Below, in pieces: positions 47,177-58,527 of a DNA stretch of 64,000 bases. The translations under genes were made by a program, and so were the position numbers. Position 1 is the stretch's first letter; every line of letters begins with the position of its first letter. Below the pieces are notes generated by a model. That model was not told the origin of the DNA. It saw only the letters and a list, made by a program, of their open reading frames with translations, and made no database searches. Source of the stretch: Caecitellus pseudoparvulus (Eukaryota; Protista; Bigyra: Bicosoecida); contig CBFFRQ010000067.1 of NCBI GenBank assembly GCA_965644315.1, forward strand, positions 496,001 through 560,000, given 5' to 3'.

Positions 47177-48474
47177 ATGGCTTCAAGCACTGGTGCCGGG
47201 GCGGGGGTGCAAACGGTGACGAAACTACCCCCCGGGCTTTCGCTGGATGACTTTGAGATCGGCAAAACGTGCGGCACGGGCTCTTTCGGTAGGGTGTGCT
47301 TTGTGACACACAAAGTGAGCATTGCTTGGTCCTCCCTGCGCCGACACTGAAGCCGTACGCCCTGGCCCATGCGTGTGTGGCAGGAGAGTGGCACCTTCTG
47401 GGCGCTGAAGATGTTGAAGAAGCAGGCAGTGCTGGACACGGAGCAGGTGCGAGCGCGCAGACGCTGAAGCCGGCAGGCTCCTGGCAACGTAGCACGCCTT
47501 GGCTGAAACCCCGCCTTGCGCAGGTGGACCACGTGCTGTCTGAGAAAGCCATTCTGTTGGAACTAGACCACCCCTTCATCGTGAACATGGCTGCCACGTT
47601 TCAGGGTGAGCTGCCGTGCTGCTTGTGTCGGCAGTGCTGCTGCGTTTGTTCAGGTGCTGCTCCGCTGGTGCACAGACGAAACGACACTGTACCTGGTGCT
47701 GGAGTACGTGTGTGGAGGGGAATTTTTCACCCACCTGCGGGACGCCGTCATGCTGGAACAGAACTGTGCTTGCTTCTACGCGGCACAAGTGGCTGCCATC
47801 TTCAGTTACTTGCACGGGAAGGTGCGCAGCGCCGCCCACGCTGGCCCGCGCTGGCTGCATGGAATCCCCTCCGCAACCCGCAGAGCATCATTTACCGGGA
47901 CTTGAAGCCCGAGAACATGCTGCTGGATGCCATGGGGTACCTGAAGCTGACAGACTTCGGCTTTGCCAAGACTTGCCCTTACAAGACCTACACCATCTGC
48001 GGGACGCCAGAGTACATCGCCCCGGAGGTGCTGACGGGAAAGGGGCATGGGCGAGGGGTGGACTGGTGGACCCTCGGCATTCTTTTGTTTGAGATGCTTG
48101 CGGGACAGCCGCCTTTCATCGCAGACTCGCCCTTCGACATTTATGCGCTCATCATGGAGGGCAACGTATCCTTCCCCCCGCACTTTGACCGCTCCGCCCG
48201 TTCACTCATCAAGAAGCTGCTCACAGCTGACTTGACCCGCCGCTATGGCTGCATGGTGGGTGGAGCGCAGGATGTCATGAACCACCGCTTCTTCAGGTAC
48301 ATCAACTGGGACGGCCTCCTTGCGCGCAAGGGGCACTTCAACGACGAAGGCTGCCGCATCCTGCCCGCAGTGACGGGCCCCGACGACACCAGCATGTTCG
48401 AGGACTACCCAGATGAGCTGGACCCACCGCCAGTGCCGAAGTTCGAGGGGGAAGACCCGTTTGCCGATTTCTGA
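47177..48474 (+). CDS. cAMP-dependent protein kinase catalytic subunit (PKA-C-like; 4 introns)
   Basis: GTGSFGRV, HVLSEKAIL, GGEFFTHL, YRDLKPEN, LTDFGFAK, TYTICGTPEYIAPEV, VDWWTLG, C-terminal FADF (FxxF motif). Confidence 0.9.
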
Positions 48475-48687
48475 GGCACTCCTGCAGGTTGCCCTCCTTC
48501 CCGACCCGTCTCTCCTGCCAGCAATGCACGTCGTTCTGCTGGCATCGGACGCCTTCGAACACTTTCAACATTCTGTCATTCAGCGCCGAGAGCAATGCAG
48601 TTGCCTTCTCCATCACGCAACTCCTGATTGGTTCCGTGCCGCCGTCGCTTCGCCTGCCCAGCGGCTCGCCAGCCCGCGTTAGCCACC

Positions 48688-50340
48688 ATGGCTGCCGACA
48701 TGTTCGCTGACATGAAGGTCAGCGTGAACAAGAAGACCTTCCAACTCATCGACGGTGTGCTGTGGCACAAGTCAGAGATCAAGCGCGCCAAGAAGACGCC
48801 GGGCACCAAGCTGGGCGACGAAGCCCTGGCTGCCAAGGCACCGGCTGCTGCTGGTGCCGGCGGCGCCGCAGCCGAAGCGGACGCCGCGGACGCCGGCATC
48901 GGCAACATCAACCCCCTGTACAACCCTCAGAAGTCATCCTTGGATCTGGAGGCGCGCTACCAGCTGTGCCGCAGCGTCGCGGTGGAGTGCATCCAGGTGA
49001 GGGCTGCGGATTTTGAACGTGCCTCCCGCCGGGCGCCTGCACGTTTCGCGAGCATGCGCTGCACAGGAGGAGGAACTGAGGAATCTGCTGTCTCGCAAGA
49101 CACACCCTGTGTGCTACGATGGCTTCGAGCCCTCTGGGCGCATGCACATCGCCCAGGGCATCCTGAAGGCCAACATTGTGAGTGCACTGGCGCGGTGGTT
49201 CTCGGCGCCCAGGCAGTTCTTGCTGTGCCTGCTCCGGAGCGGAAGGCGGCACGCCAGGCGCACACAGGGCCTCGCACGCATGATGCCTGCTGCACGCTCA
49301 GGTGAACAAGCTCACGGCAGCTGGCTGCATCTTCAAGTTCTGGGTGGCCGATTGGTTCGCCCTCATGAACATGAAGCTGGGCGGTGACTTGGAGAAGATC
49401 CGCACCGTCGGCCGGTACATGATCGAGGTGTGGAAGGCAGCCGGCATGAACATGGAGAACGTGCAGTTCCTGTGGGCGTCTGACCACATCAACGAGCACG
49501 CGGACGAGTACTGGGGGCTGGTGCTGGACATCGCCACCAAGTTCAACCTGCCCCGCATCATGCGCTGCAACACCATCATGGGCCGCAAGGAGGGCGAGGA
49601 CCTCGCTGCCAGCCAGATCTTCTACCCCTGCATGCAGTGCGCTGACGTCTTCTACCTCAAGGCTGACATCTGCCAGCTGGGCCTGGACCAGCGCAAGGTG
49701 AACATGCTGGCGCGGGAGTACTGCAGCTTGGCGCGCCCCAAGATCAAGAACAAGCCCGTCATTCTGTCCCACGGTGCGGCTCGCCATTGCAGTGTGTGTG
49801 GGGTGCAGGCAGTGTATGTCACAACTCCGCCTTCCCCCCCTCACCCTCGCCACAGGCATGCTCATGGGGCTGAAGGAAGGACAGGAGAAGATGAGCAAGT
49901 CCTCGCCTGACAGCGCGCTGTTCATGGAGGACAGCGCCGCGGACGTGAAGCGCAAGATTGGCAAGGCGTACTGCCCCCTGGGCGTGGCGGAGAACAACCC
50001 AGTGCTGGACTGGTGCAAGAACATCGTCTTCGGCGCTCGCTCCTCCTTCACCGTGCCCCGCCAGGGTGCCGAGCCCAAGTGAGTGCGCGGTACGCGCCTG
50101 GCAGGGCGCCTGTCGTGCAGGAGCACATTATGTGCAATTCCTTCGCGTGCTCGCAGGGTGTTTGAGTCTTACGAGGAGTTGGAGGCACAGTTCGTGAGCG
50201 GGGAGCTGCACCCAGGTGACTTGAAGGCAGCACTCATTGACGTGCTGAACGAGCTGCTGCAGCCTGTGCGCGACCACTTTGCCAAGGGGGAGGCCAAGAA
50301 GCTGCTGGAGAAGGTCAAGAGCTTCCGCATCACGCGGTGA
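48688..50340 (+). CDS. YARS: Cytosolic tyrosyl-tRNA synthetase (plant/protist type; 4 introns)
   Basis: CYDGFEPSGRMHIAQG, FWVADWFA, FYPCMQCADVF, QLGLDQRKVNMLAREY, KMSKS, LHPGDLK. Confidence 0.93.
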
Positions 50341-50497
50341 GGGGGGGGCAGGTGGCATGCCGCAGGCATGGTGGGGGGGCCTGTGCTTGGGCGGCCAAGG
50401 CCAGAGTCAGTGCAAATCCCACCGTGCGAAGGCAGCGGTCGTGAATGCAGCTGCAAGCCAAGGACACAGAAAATTATTGTGCGGGGGCCCACACGCA

Positions 50498-53119
50498 ATG
50501 TTCAGCCCCACCTGGTGGGCGGCAGGGGGGGATGGGCGGCAGGGGGTGCCTTGGATGCTGCACGGTGTGACGCGTGATGAAGCAGTGCAAGCGGCCAATG
50601 CGCTGCACCCTGTGGGCGTCGTGTTGTGGACGGAGGCTGGCGAACCCAACCAGTTGCACATTACAGTGAGCGCACCCCCCCATCCTGCGGTGCATGCGCC
50701 TGTGGCGGTGAAGAGCACGTCTGGGGCGCAGCATGTGGTTGAGGTAACGCTGCCGAAACTCCCGGCTCCTGCGCCTGCGGAAGCCGGCGCAGATGTATCT
50801 GGGCACTTGGAGACACGCGTGATCTGCGCTGCATCGTGCTCCATGCTTGTGCGCCGGGTGTCCGAGGCACTGGGGCAGCAGGGCCCTTGGCAGGGCGAGG
50901 CACGTGAAGAAGCGTCCGTGATGGTCGCTGGCTCGGGGCTGACTGGTGCGCTTGGCCTGGGCGTGTGTGTCATTGCAGGGCGGCCCCTGGCAGTGGACCC
51001 TGTCTGGACCGGCTTCCAGCATGCGCTGGGCGATGGCGAGGAGGCGTGTGGCCGCGCTTCTCACCTTCACGAGGACACTGGAGTTGAGGAAGATGAGGGT
51101 GGCGAGGATGTGCAGCTGGCTACGCTGGCCCCGCCTGCGCCGCTGGTGTCAGTGCGTGTGGCTGCAGTGGCTGCCGGCGCCAGTCACACGCTGCTGCTGA
51201 CCCAGGAGGGCAGGGTGCTGGCCACAGGGGCGAACGCCAGCGGCCAGCTCGGTCTCGGCGCCAAGCGTGGCGTTGTGCTGCGGCCTGTGGAGGTGCCGGG
51301 CTTGATCGGGCGGCGTGTACTAGCCGTGGCGGCTGGCTCTGCACACTCCCTGGCCTTGGTCGCGCAGGGCGATTCGCCGTGCGGCGTGAGGCTGTGGGCT
51401 TGGGGGCAGAACGAAGGTGGCCAGTGCGGCCTGCCGGGCGCCGGGAAGCAAGTGGTCCTCAGCCCACACCCGGTGCCCATAGGGCAGGAGACAGGGGTCC
51501 AGCGGCGCAGTGGGGGAGGTGGCGGATCTTCGCCTGCCCATCGACTGGCAGGCATCGCGGCGGGGGGTGACACGTCGTTTGTCTGGGATGGTGAGGGCCG
51601 GGCATGGGGTTGGGGTGTGCACGCTTGCGGCCAGGCTGCAGTGGGGGCCATTGGGCATGAGGAGCAAGTGCACCAGCCCACGCCAGTGCAAGGCCTGCTG
51701 GCCCGCGGAGAGGCCGTGGAGCAGGTGGCCTGTGGGGGGCAGCACACGCTGCTGTTGACGCGGTCTGGCCAGGTGTGGGCGGCGGGGTCGCGTTTGTATG
51801 GGCGGTGTGGGCTGGACGATGCGGGGCAAGGTGCGGACGTGTTCGAGCCGCTCTGCCTCAGCTCGGGGGAGGATGGGGCGGGCGACTCCTTGCCCTTGGG
51901 TGCAGTGCGTTTCACGCAGGTATCGGCGGGGGCAGACCACTCCCTGGCCCTGGATGCCGAGGGGGGTGTGTGGGCGTGGGGGTGTGGGTCAGCGGCCGGG
52001 GGCGGCGGCCACACCCTCGCCGCATCTGGAGGGGTGGCCCTCTCATCCCAGCACGTGTACAGGCCCCGCCAAGTGATGGGGGTGGGGCCTGCCGTTGCGG
52101 TGGCTGCCGGGGAACAGCACAGTCTGGTCCTGGATGGAGAGGGCTGTGCTTGGGGCTGGGGCAACGCCGCCGCTGCTGGCCTGCTACCTGCCGAGGCAGC
52201 GCCGGCGCTGGCACAAGATGGCTCTGTGGCCGCGTCGGCAGGCGGAGGTCTCGGGGCGGCACCGACGGTGCAGCAGCCGCAGCAGCTGCAGTGTGGCCCG
52301 CGATGCCGTGTGGAGAGCATCGCCGCTGGCCCTCGCCACAGCGTGCTCATCGTGGCTCCGGCCCCTGCCGAAGCGACAAGGGCCGGCAATTCTGAGCCAT
52401 GGGCACCGCAGTGGTCTCCACACCATGCCCCTTGCATCATTGACGCTGGGGTGGCTGATTTTCGTGTTGCCGGGGGTTTCCAGGTGCCTGCCGAGTGGGC
52501 GAGCGAAGCCGGCAGCCCAGCAGAGTGCCATGCCAAGCTGGTGCGTTTCATGGGCCAGCAAGGCTCGCTGCGTGGCGCGTTTGGGGAAGAGCTTGGCAGG
52601 CCCAGTGGCCGAGGGGGGGCTGCACACCCTTCGTCAGGGGGGGGCTCGGGCCGTGCAACTTCTGCCGCACGCCGAGCTGCTGTCACTCGGGCGCGCAGCA
52701 CCAGCCGTGGCCGGCGAGGCAGCGCCGGGTCACAGGCCAGTGCTGCAGGGCGGTACAGTGTGCGTGAGGAGGAGGTGGTGCGTGAGGAGAAGGAGGTGGG
52801 TGTTGAGCACACGGCTGTGGCTGTGGTGGGTTGGGAGGCGGAGGGGGCGGTGACGGGCGCCACACGACTGCACGGAGTGGCGCCCGCGTATGACTCAGGC
52901 GACACCAGCCAGACGTCGGACAACCCCATGGCAGGGCCCCCCTCTCCGGGCCCGACTCGCGGCGCCAGCGCCACGGCAGAGGCTGGAGCTGTGCCTGGCG
53001 AGGGCGGGGAGGAGGGGGCGGAGGAGTGGCGGTCGCGGGGGCGGGAGGAGTCATGCCTTGGCGCGCTGTGCAGGGTGCTGACTTGCGGCCTGTGCGCAGC
53101 TCGAGACGTGGAGGATTGA
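50498..53119 (+). CDS. RCC1-repeat (beta-propeller) protein, intronless, Cys-rich C-terminus
   Basis: About 7 RCC1 repeats (VAAGASHTLLLT...GQLGLG; VAAGSAHSLAL...WGQNEGGQCG; VACGGQHTLLL; VSAGADHSLAL; VAAGEQHSLVL; IAAGPRHSV). Confidence 0.85.
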   Translation: MFSPTWWAAGGDGRQGVPWMLHGVTRDEAVQAANALHPVGVVLWTEAGEPNQLHITVSAPPHPAVHAPVAVKSTSGAQHVVEVTLPKLPAPAPAEAGADVSGHLETRVICAASCSMLVRRVSEALGQQGPWQGEAREEASVMVAGSGLTGALGLGVCVIAGRPLAVDPVWTGFQHALGDGEEACGRASHLHEDTGVEEDEGGEDVQLATLAPPAPLVSVRVAAVAAGASHTLLLTQEGRVLATGANASGQLGLGAKRGVVLRPVEVPGLIGRRVLAVAAGSAHSLALVAQGDSPCGVRLWAWGQNEGGQCGLPGAGKQVVLSPHPVPIGQETGVQRRSGGGGGSSPAHRLAGIAAGGDTSFVWDGEGRAWGWGVHACGQAAVGAIGHEEQVHQPTPVQGLLARGEAVEQVACGGQHTLLLTRSGQVWAAGSRLYGRCGLDDAGQGADVFEPLCLSSGEDGAGDSLPLGAVRFTQVSAGADHSLALDAEGGVWAWGCGSAAGGGGHTLAASGGVALSSQHVYRPRQVMGVGPAVAVAAGEQHSLVLDGEGCAWGWGNAAAAGLLPAEAAPALAQDGSVAASAGGGLGAAPTVQQPQQLQCGPRCRVESIAAGPRHSVLIVAPAPAEATRAGNSEPWAPQWSPHHAPCIIDAGVADFRVAGGFQVPAEWASEAGSPAECHAKLVRFMGQQGSLRGAFGEELGRPSGRGGAAHPSSGGGSGRATSAARRAAVTRARSTSRGRRGSAGSQASAAGRYSVREEEVVREEKEVGVEHTAVAVVGWEAEGAVTGATRLHGVAPAYDSGDTSQTSDNPMAGPPSPGPTRGASATAEAGAVPGEGGEEGAEEWRSRGREESCLGALCRVLTCGLCAARDVED

Positions 53120-53458
53120 CGCAGGGGCGCCCTCATGTCCGGGGACGGCGCCAAGATGCTCAGGCGTGTGCCGGGCGGGCTGTGGTGTGCAGGTGGGCAG
53201 ACGAGGCACAATGCATGTGACGCGCAGACGCAACTGCACGAACGTGCCCTGGTGCTGGAGGTAGCACCAGGTGCAGCGGCTGGGCACTGTGCAGACCTGG
53301 GGCAGTGGCGTGCCTTGCTGAGCGGCTTGCGCGAAGCGGCTGAACCACACACCACTGCCTCATTACACGAATAGCACGGCAGGCACCTTCAAGCCCGATT
53401 GGGCTGCTTCAACGCCTACTTGCCGCTTGCATCGTTGCATTAGGTGCTGGACAGCGCC

Positions 53459-56400
53459 ATGGAAGACCCTGCGCTGAAGCGTGGCCAGTATGCCAAGGCC
53501 TGTTTGGACGTAAGTGAGCCATGTGCAGTGCCCTTGCGGTGAATTGCTGCGGGAGCCACACACCCCCCCCCCTGCTGCCTGCAGTGTTCCAAGGCGAAGA
53601 AGAAATGCGACGGGCACCGACCGTGCGGCAGGTGTGAACGCATGGGCATTCCTTGTGTCGAGAACCCCAACCGGCGCAAACGGGGCCGGCGATCCCACAA
53701 GGCCAAGGCTGGCGACAACATCAGCGCCAGCGCCCCTGCTCCAGCGTCTGTGGCCACCAGCCACGCAGCGACGTCCCATGGCCTCGTGGAGCAGTCGTAC
53801 GAGCGTGTATATGAGACTGCGCCCAAGCGTGCCCGCATAGGCCACGCAGCGTATCCCCGTGCGAGCGTGCCTGGCGTTTCGTTCGCTGGCATGCCCAGCT
53901 CCCAGGCACACTACCACCCCGCCCACGCCACTGCGCTGCACCAGGCAGGCCAAGCACTGCCAGGGCTCACCAGCGACCAGTTCAGCCGTGTGACTGAGGC
54001 GTTCCGCCGCGGCTCGCGCATGCCTGCTCCTTCCTACGGCGGCGGGCCTGGCTTTGTGGGGCAGGGGACCTGGCACCCACACGTACCGCAATCAGGCCCC
54101 CCTCCCGGTCCATGGGCAGCCCACCCCCAGCACCACCTGGCCCACATGCACCCCGGCATGCACCCCGGCATGCATCAGCCTTACTCCCATGCCCACACTG
54201 TGTCCTTGGGGGGGGGTGATGTGGCGGCACGGGCACCGTCTGTGGAGGGAGGGTCTCTCACAGACGGCCAGGGGTCCATGGGGGGAGGGGGCGTCGGGGC
54301 GGGCTCCCTCGGCACCGCCTCTGTCTCCCACTTTCTAAATCGGCCGGGGTCGCAGAGCACCGGCGCAGGGCCTGCTGCGGCTCCCCCTCCCCAGCTCCTG
54401 CCAAGCCGCGCTGGCTCCCGGGCACCCAGCCCAGCGCCAGCCCCAACGCCTGGCGCTGGCACTGGGGTGGGGCAGACGGCACGGACATCTGGCCCAGCAG
54501 TCAGGGCCCGCCCCAGCGGGGGAGGCCTGCGGCGTGTGCCACACGACAGCGAGGCGCACCCCATGAAACGCATCATGGCGAAGTTGCTGCCGCTGGGCCC
54601 AGCATACTCCCTCATCACAACGCTGTTGTGGGAGAGTGCTGGGGCGCTGCTGCGGGGCAGTGGGCCCACCCTGACTCAGCTGGTGCAGGACAAGCTGCCC
54701 ATGTTGCGGCGGCAGCTGCTGCCTGACTCGCCAGCGGCCAGCGCACCAGCGCCAGCGGCTGGGTCACGCCCGCGGGCGGGCAGCACGGGGAGCAGGCGCA
54801 GTGGCAAGGGGCATGGGCCAGCCCCCTCCGAGGCGGGGCCGTGGCGCATGCCCGTGGGCCCCCCTGTCAATATCCGCACTCGCACACCCGGCGTGATGAG
54901 CTACGATCTCACCGGTGCGCTGGTGCCGCCCCTCTGCCTGCTGTCCCAGCCAGGCGTGGACGCCTTGCAAGACTACTGCATCAGCGTCACACTGTCCTCT
55001 TCCCCCGTGCCTGTGGTGCGGAGTATTGTGGGAGTCACGCCCACGGGGCGCGTGGTGCCCGTGTTCATGTTTGCCAACGCAGCCACTCGCTTCGTGTTCG
55101 GGGCCCAGGAGGAGGACCTGTACACGCCGCAGCGCATGGTTGGAGGCACCATGCACGTGGTTGCACCCCATCTGGCCGGCATGCGGGCAGCTGCGGGGGG
55201 TGCGGCCAACCGCTCAGGCATCATGCGTTACCACTTCCGTGGCGAGTACTTGCACGCGAAGGATGGCTTCGCAAGCACTTGCACGCCTGGCGCCAGTGCG
55301 CGCCTGTGCCGTTTCCAGGCCACAGAAAGTGTCACTGTGGAGCCCCTGCAACACCGCCTGTTCGGCTTCATGCCTGCCTTTGTGTACACCGTGTTCTTCA
55401 CGCACATCGCCCCCGTGGAGGGGCGAGAGGCATGGCTGACGCAGCCAGACTGCCACACGCTGTTCGCACAGGCGCGGGCTGCGACACGGCACATCTTGGC
55501 AGGCGTGCGGGAGGTGCAGGTGGGTCTGAAGGAGGAGGGGGGGTGCATGCCCCCCCCCACGTCGCGCCCCGGCATCAGCCCTACAGGCAGCTCGGTCACC
55601 TGGCTGTCATCCCTGACGCCGTCATCTGGCAAGCAGGCGGGGGGAGGGGGGGCTGCCCCCCCCTCGAAGTCCCCTGCCACCCGCCCCGCTCCTGCCCCAG
55701 CAAGCTCCGGCTCAGGCTCTCTTCGAGCGGACCTGGTGCAAGGTGCCGACGGCGACGATTCCAGCGACGCCCCAGGCCGCTCAGCGACCTCCGACCTCGA
55801 CGAAGTGCGACCCAGTGGCCTCAGCGTCAGCGTGAGTCAAGCGCCGAAAGTGGCCTTTTCGGGGTCCGAGACGCCTGCAGGGGGGAAAGCCGCGACCTCA
55901 ACTCGTGCCGACGCGGGCGCAGGGGACATCGGCGTGCCTACCCCCGCCCACCAGGCCAGCCGTGACAAGGGCGTGGAAGCAGATGCCACGCCCAGCCACT
56001 TGCAGAGGCAGGCTGATGGCGCGGGCGCTGAGCGGAAGGGGGCGGCACGCGCGCCAGGTGGGCCCACCGCTGGCGCCACAGCGGCGGCCTCCTCCGCTGC
56101 CGCCCGGGCCTTTCCCCAATTCGAGTCCAGGGGCGGCGGCGTGCCGGCTTTCGTCATCCGATCCATGCTCAGCTCCCGCTTCGAGGAACAGGGCATGGTG
56201 GGCACCGTCACGTACAACTCCGCTGTGCTGCACTCAGGCGTAGCGCCCTGGCGGGCTGCCTCTCGACTGACTGTGGGGCCCCAGGGCACGCCTCTGCGCC
56301 GGCAACCTGCCGAGCCCACCGCTGAGGACCCCTCCGCCCAGGGGCGCGAGGGGGGGTCCGGCACTGCATCCGAGGCTGAGGGTATGCCACAGGTAGATGC

Positions 56401-57253
56401 CGAGCGAGCCCCTGGCCCCCCTGTGACGCCCCCCCCCGTGGCTGTGGGGGACGAGGTGTCCATTGAGGACTTGCCGTTGGGTTGCGCGCGGGACGCGATG
56501 TCAGGTCGCGTGTTTTTCGTCGGCCCCGTGGATTACACGCCCAACCACGAGGACGCGGCGCTGGCGCGCACCGGCGCCTTCTCAGCGCGGAGAGGGGGCA
56601 GCACGGACAGACTGGCAGACTTGGTGGACATGGGAGGGGGGGCTGCCCCCCCCTCGGCCGCTGCCTCGGCAGGGCATGCCTTGACCGGATCCACGGCCCC
56701 TGACGCTGGGGTGTTCGACGGCTTCGGCGGGGAGGGCGGGGGGAGTGGCGAACCCCCCCTCGTCATGCCCCTGCAGCTGCCCCTGGTGGGGCTGCCTGGA
56801 GTAGTGGTGCCAGCGGCCCCTGCGCCAGACTTCATCGCCTCTGCCACACCTGGGCGCCCGTCGGCGTCACCCCCCCCACCTGGCCAGTTGGGGGGGGGCG
56901 GGACGGGGCTGCCTCACCACCTCGCAGCCCCCCCCTCTGCGCGCAGACACCCGGCACCCGGCACATGGCAGCACCCCCCTGGCAGCGCTGGGTCAAGGGG
57001 CTCTGGGGGGGGGTCAGGAGGGGGTGCAGGGGGGGGCTTCCTCTTCCCCACCTTGCCCCCCCCCAGCACGGGCGACGCAGGGTCCGGTACTGGGGCGCGG
57101 GACCGCTTCACCGCCGCATCAGCCATGAGCGGCTCGGGCGTGGGGCGCCCCGATGGTGCCCCTGGAGCCGCCTTTGCCCTGGCAGGGGATGACGTCTTGA
57201 ACGTGGCGAACGACTTGCTCAGCCTGTCCAACATGTCGGGGGGCGGAGAGTGA
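53459..57253 (+). CDS. Zn(II)2Cys6 binuclear-cluster transcription factor with PAS-like middle region; intron 53510-53584
   Basis: Splicing GTAAGT...CTGCAG gives ACLD|CSKAKKKCDGHRPCGRCERMGIPC = Cx2Cx6Cx5Cx2Cx6C, followed by basic RRKRGRR. In frame with ORF 53642-57253. Confidence 0.85.
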
Positions 57254-57408
57254 TCCACCACGACAGGGCCAGTCCCGCTGGCTCAGGCGCAGTCCACGCC
57301 CCCTAAGCAAATTTACTCTCTCGGGCGAAAACAAAGCAATCCGCATGCAGCCCAGCTTTGCGCACGCCCCCACCCCAAGCCCCCCGGCAGCACCCAATCC
57401 AGCCCGCC

Positions 57409-58267
57409 ATGGCAGCCACCGCCGTCAGCGCTCCAGCGCCAGTGCCGCCGGCCCCGGCTAGCAGCAACATGGTGGCCAGCGACGTGGCGCCCAGCCAGAC
57501 GCTGTACCTGAACAACCTGAACGAGAAGCTGAAAAAGGGCGCCCTCAAGAAGGGTCTGTACGCCGTCTTCACCCAGTTCGGCCCTGTCATGGACATTGTG
57601 GCCTGCCGCACCAACCGTCTGCGAGGACAGGCGTGGGTGGTGTTCGAGAACGTCGCTGACGCCACCAATGCGCTGCGACAGATGCAAGGCTTCCCCTTCT
57701 TCGACAAGCCAATGGTGCGTGGTCCGGTTGCCTTGTCCCTCCGCTGCAGCGACACTGTGCAAGGTGGCTGGCGCCCGAGCAATTTCCGCCGTTCGCCAGG
57801 CCATTTGCACGCTCGTGCTGCCCCCCCTCCACGCCGCACAGCGCATTCAATTCGCCAAGGAGAAGTCCGACGTGGTGGCCAAGTTGGACGGCACCTTTGT
57901 GCCGCGCCAGAAGCGCGCCTTGGACGCTGACGGCGACGTGGACGCGGCCCCCAAGCGTGTGGCAGCACCAGCCTCTCACGGCGCCGCCGCTGCACCTGTC
58001 ATGATCCCTGCACCTCCCCGCCCGGAGAATGCCGTGCCGACCCACGTCCTCCTTGCCAGCAACCTGCCTGAGAGCGTGCCGACCGAGACCATCACTGCGC
58101 TGTTCGCTCAGTACCCGGGATTCACCGAGCTGCGCCCAGTGCCAGGGCGAGGCATGGCGTTCGTGGAGTACGAGTCAGAGGTGGCTGCCACACCAGCACT
58201 GCAGGGCTTGCACAACCACAAGTTGGACGAGGCACACTACATGGCAGTCACGTACGCCAAGAAGTAG
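57409..58267 (+). CDS. U1A/U2B'' spliceosomal two-RRM protein; intron 57715-57841
   Basis: SQTLYLNNLNEKLKK...LYAVFTQFG...RGQAWVVF...MQGFPFFDKPM|RIQFAK; second RRM NLP...LFAQYPGF...AFVEY...MAVTYAKK. Confidence 0.93.
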
Positions 58268-58527
58268 AGGTGCGCAGGCAAACCAACCCGATTTGGACCC
58301 AGCTGCGTGCCCTGATCAACTCCTGGGGCCAGCAAATTCGCTGGAACCCACTTCCTGTGCATGTTGTTCTGTTTGAGCTGTCTTCAGCAGTGCACTGCCA
58401 GGCTGGTGCCTGTCGCCCCATCACGCGCGTGGTTGCCTTGCCGGCATCTGAGCAGCTGCGTTTCGCGCGGCCAAGTGTTCAGGCAGTGCCCGCCCCGCAG
58501 CGGCAAGGAGTTCGACAAGCAGGACCA

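Noticed and set aside
51184-53355. 723-aa antisense ORF over the RCC1 gene
   Set aside because: Expected stop-free shadow in very GC-rich DNA; the sense frame has clear RCC1 repeats.
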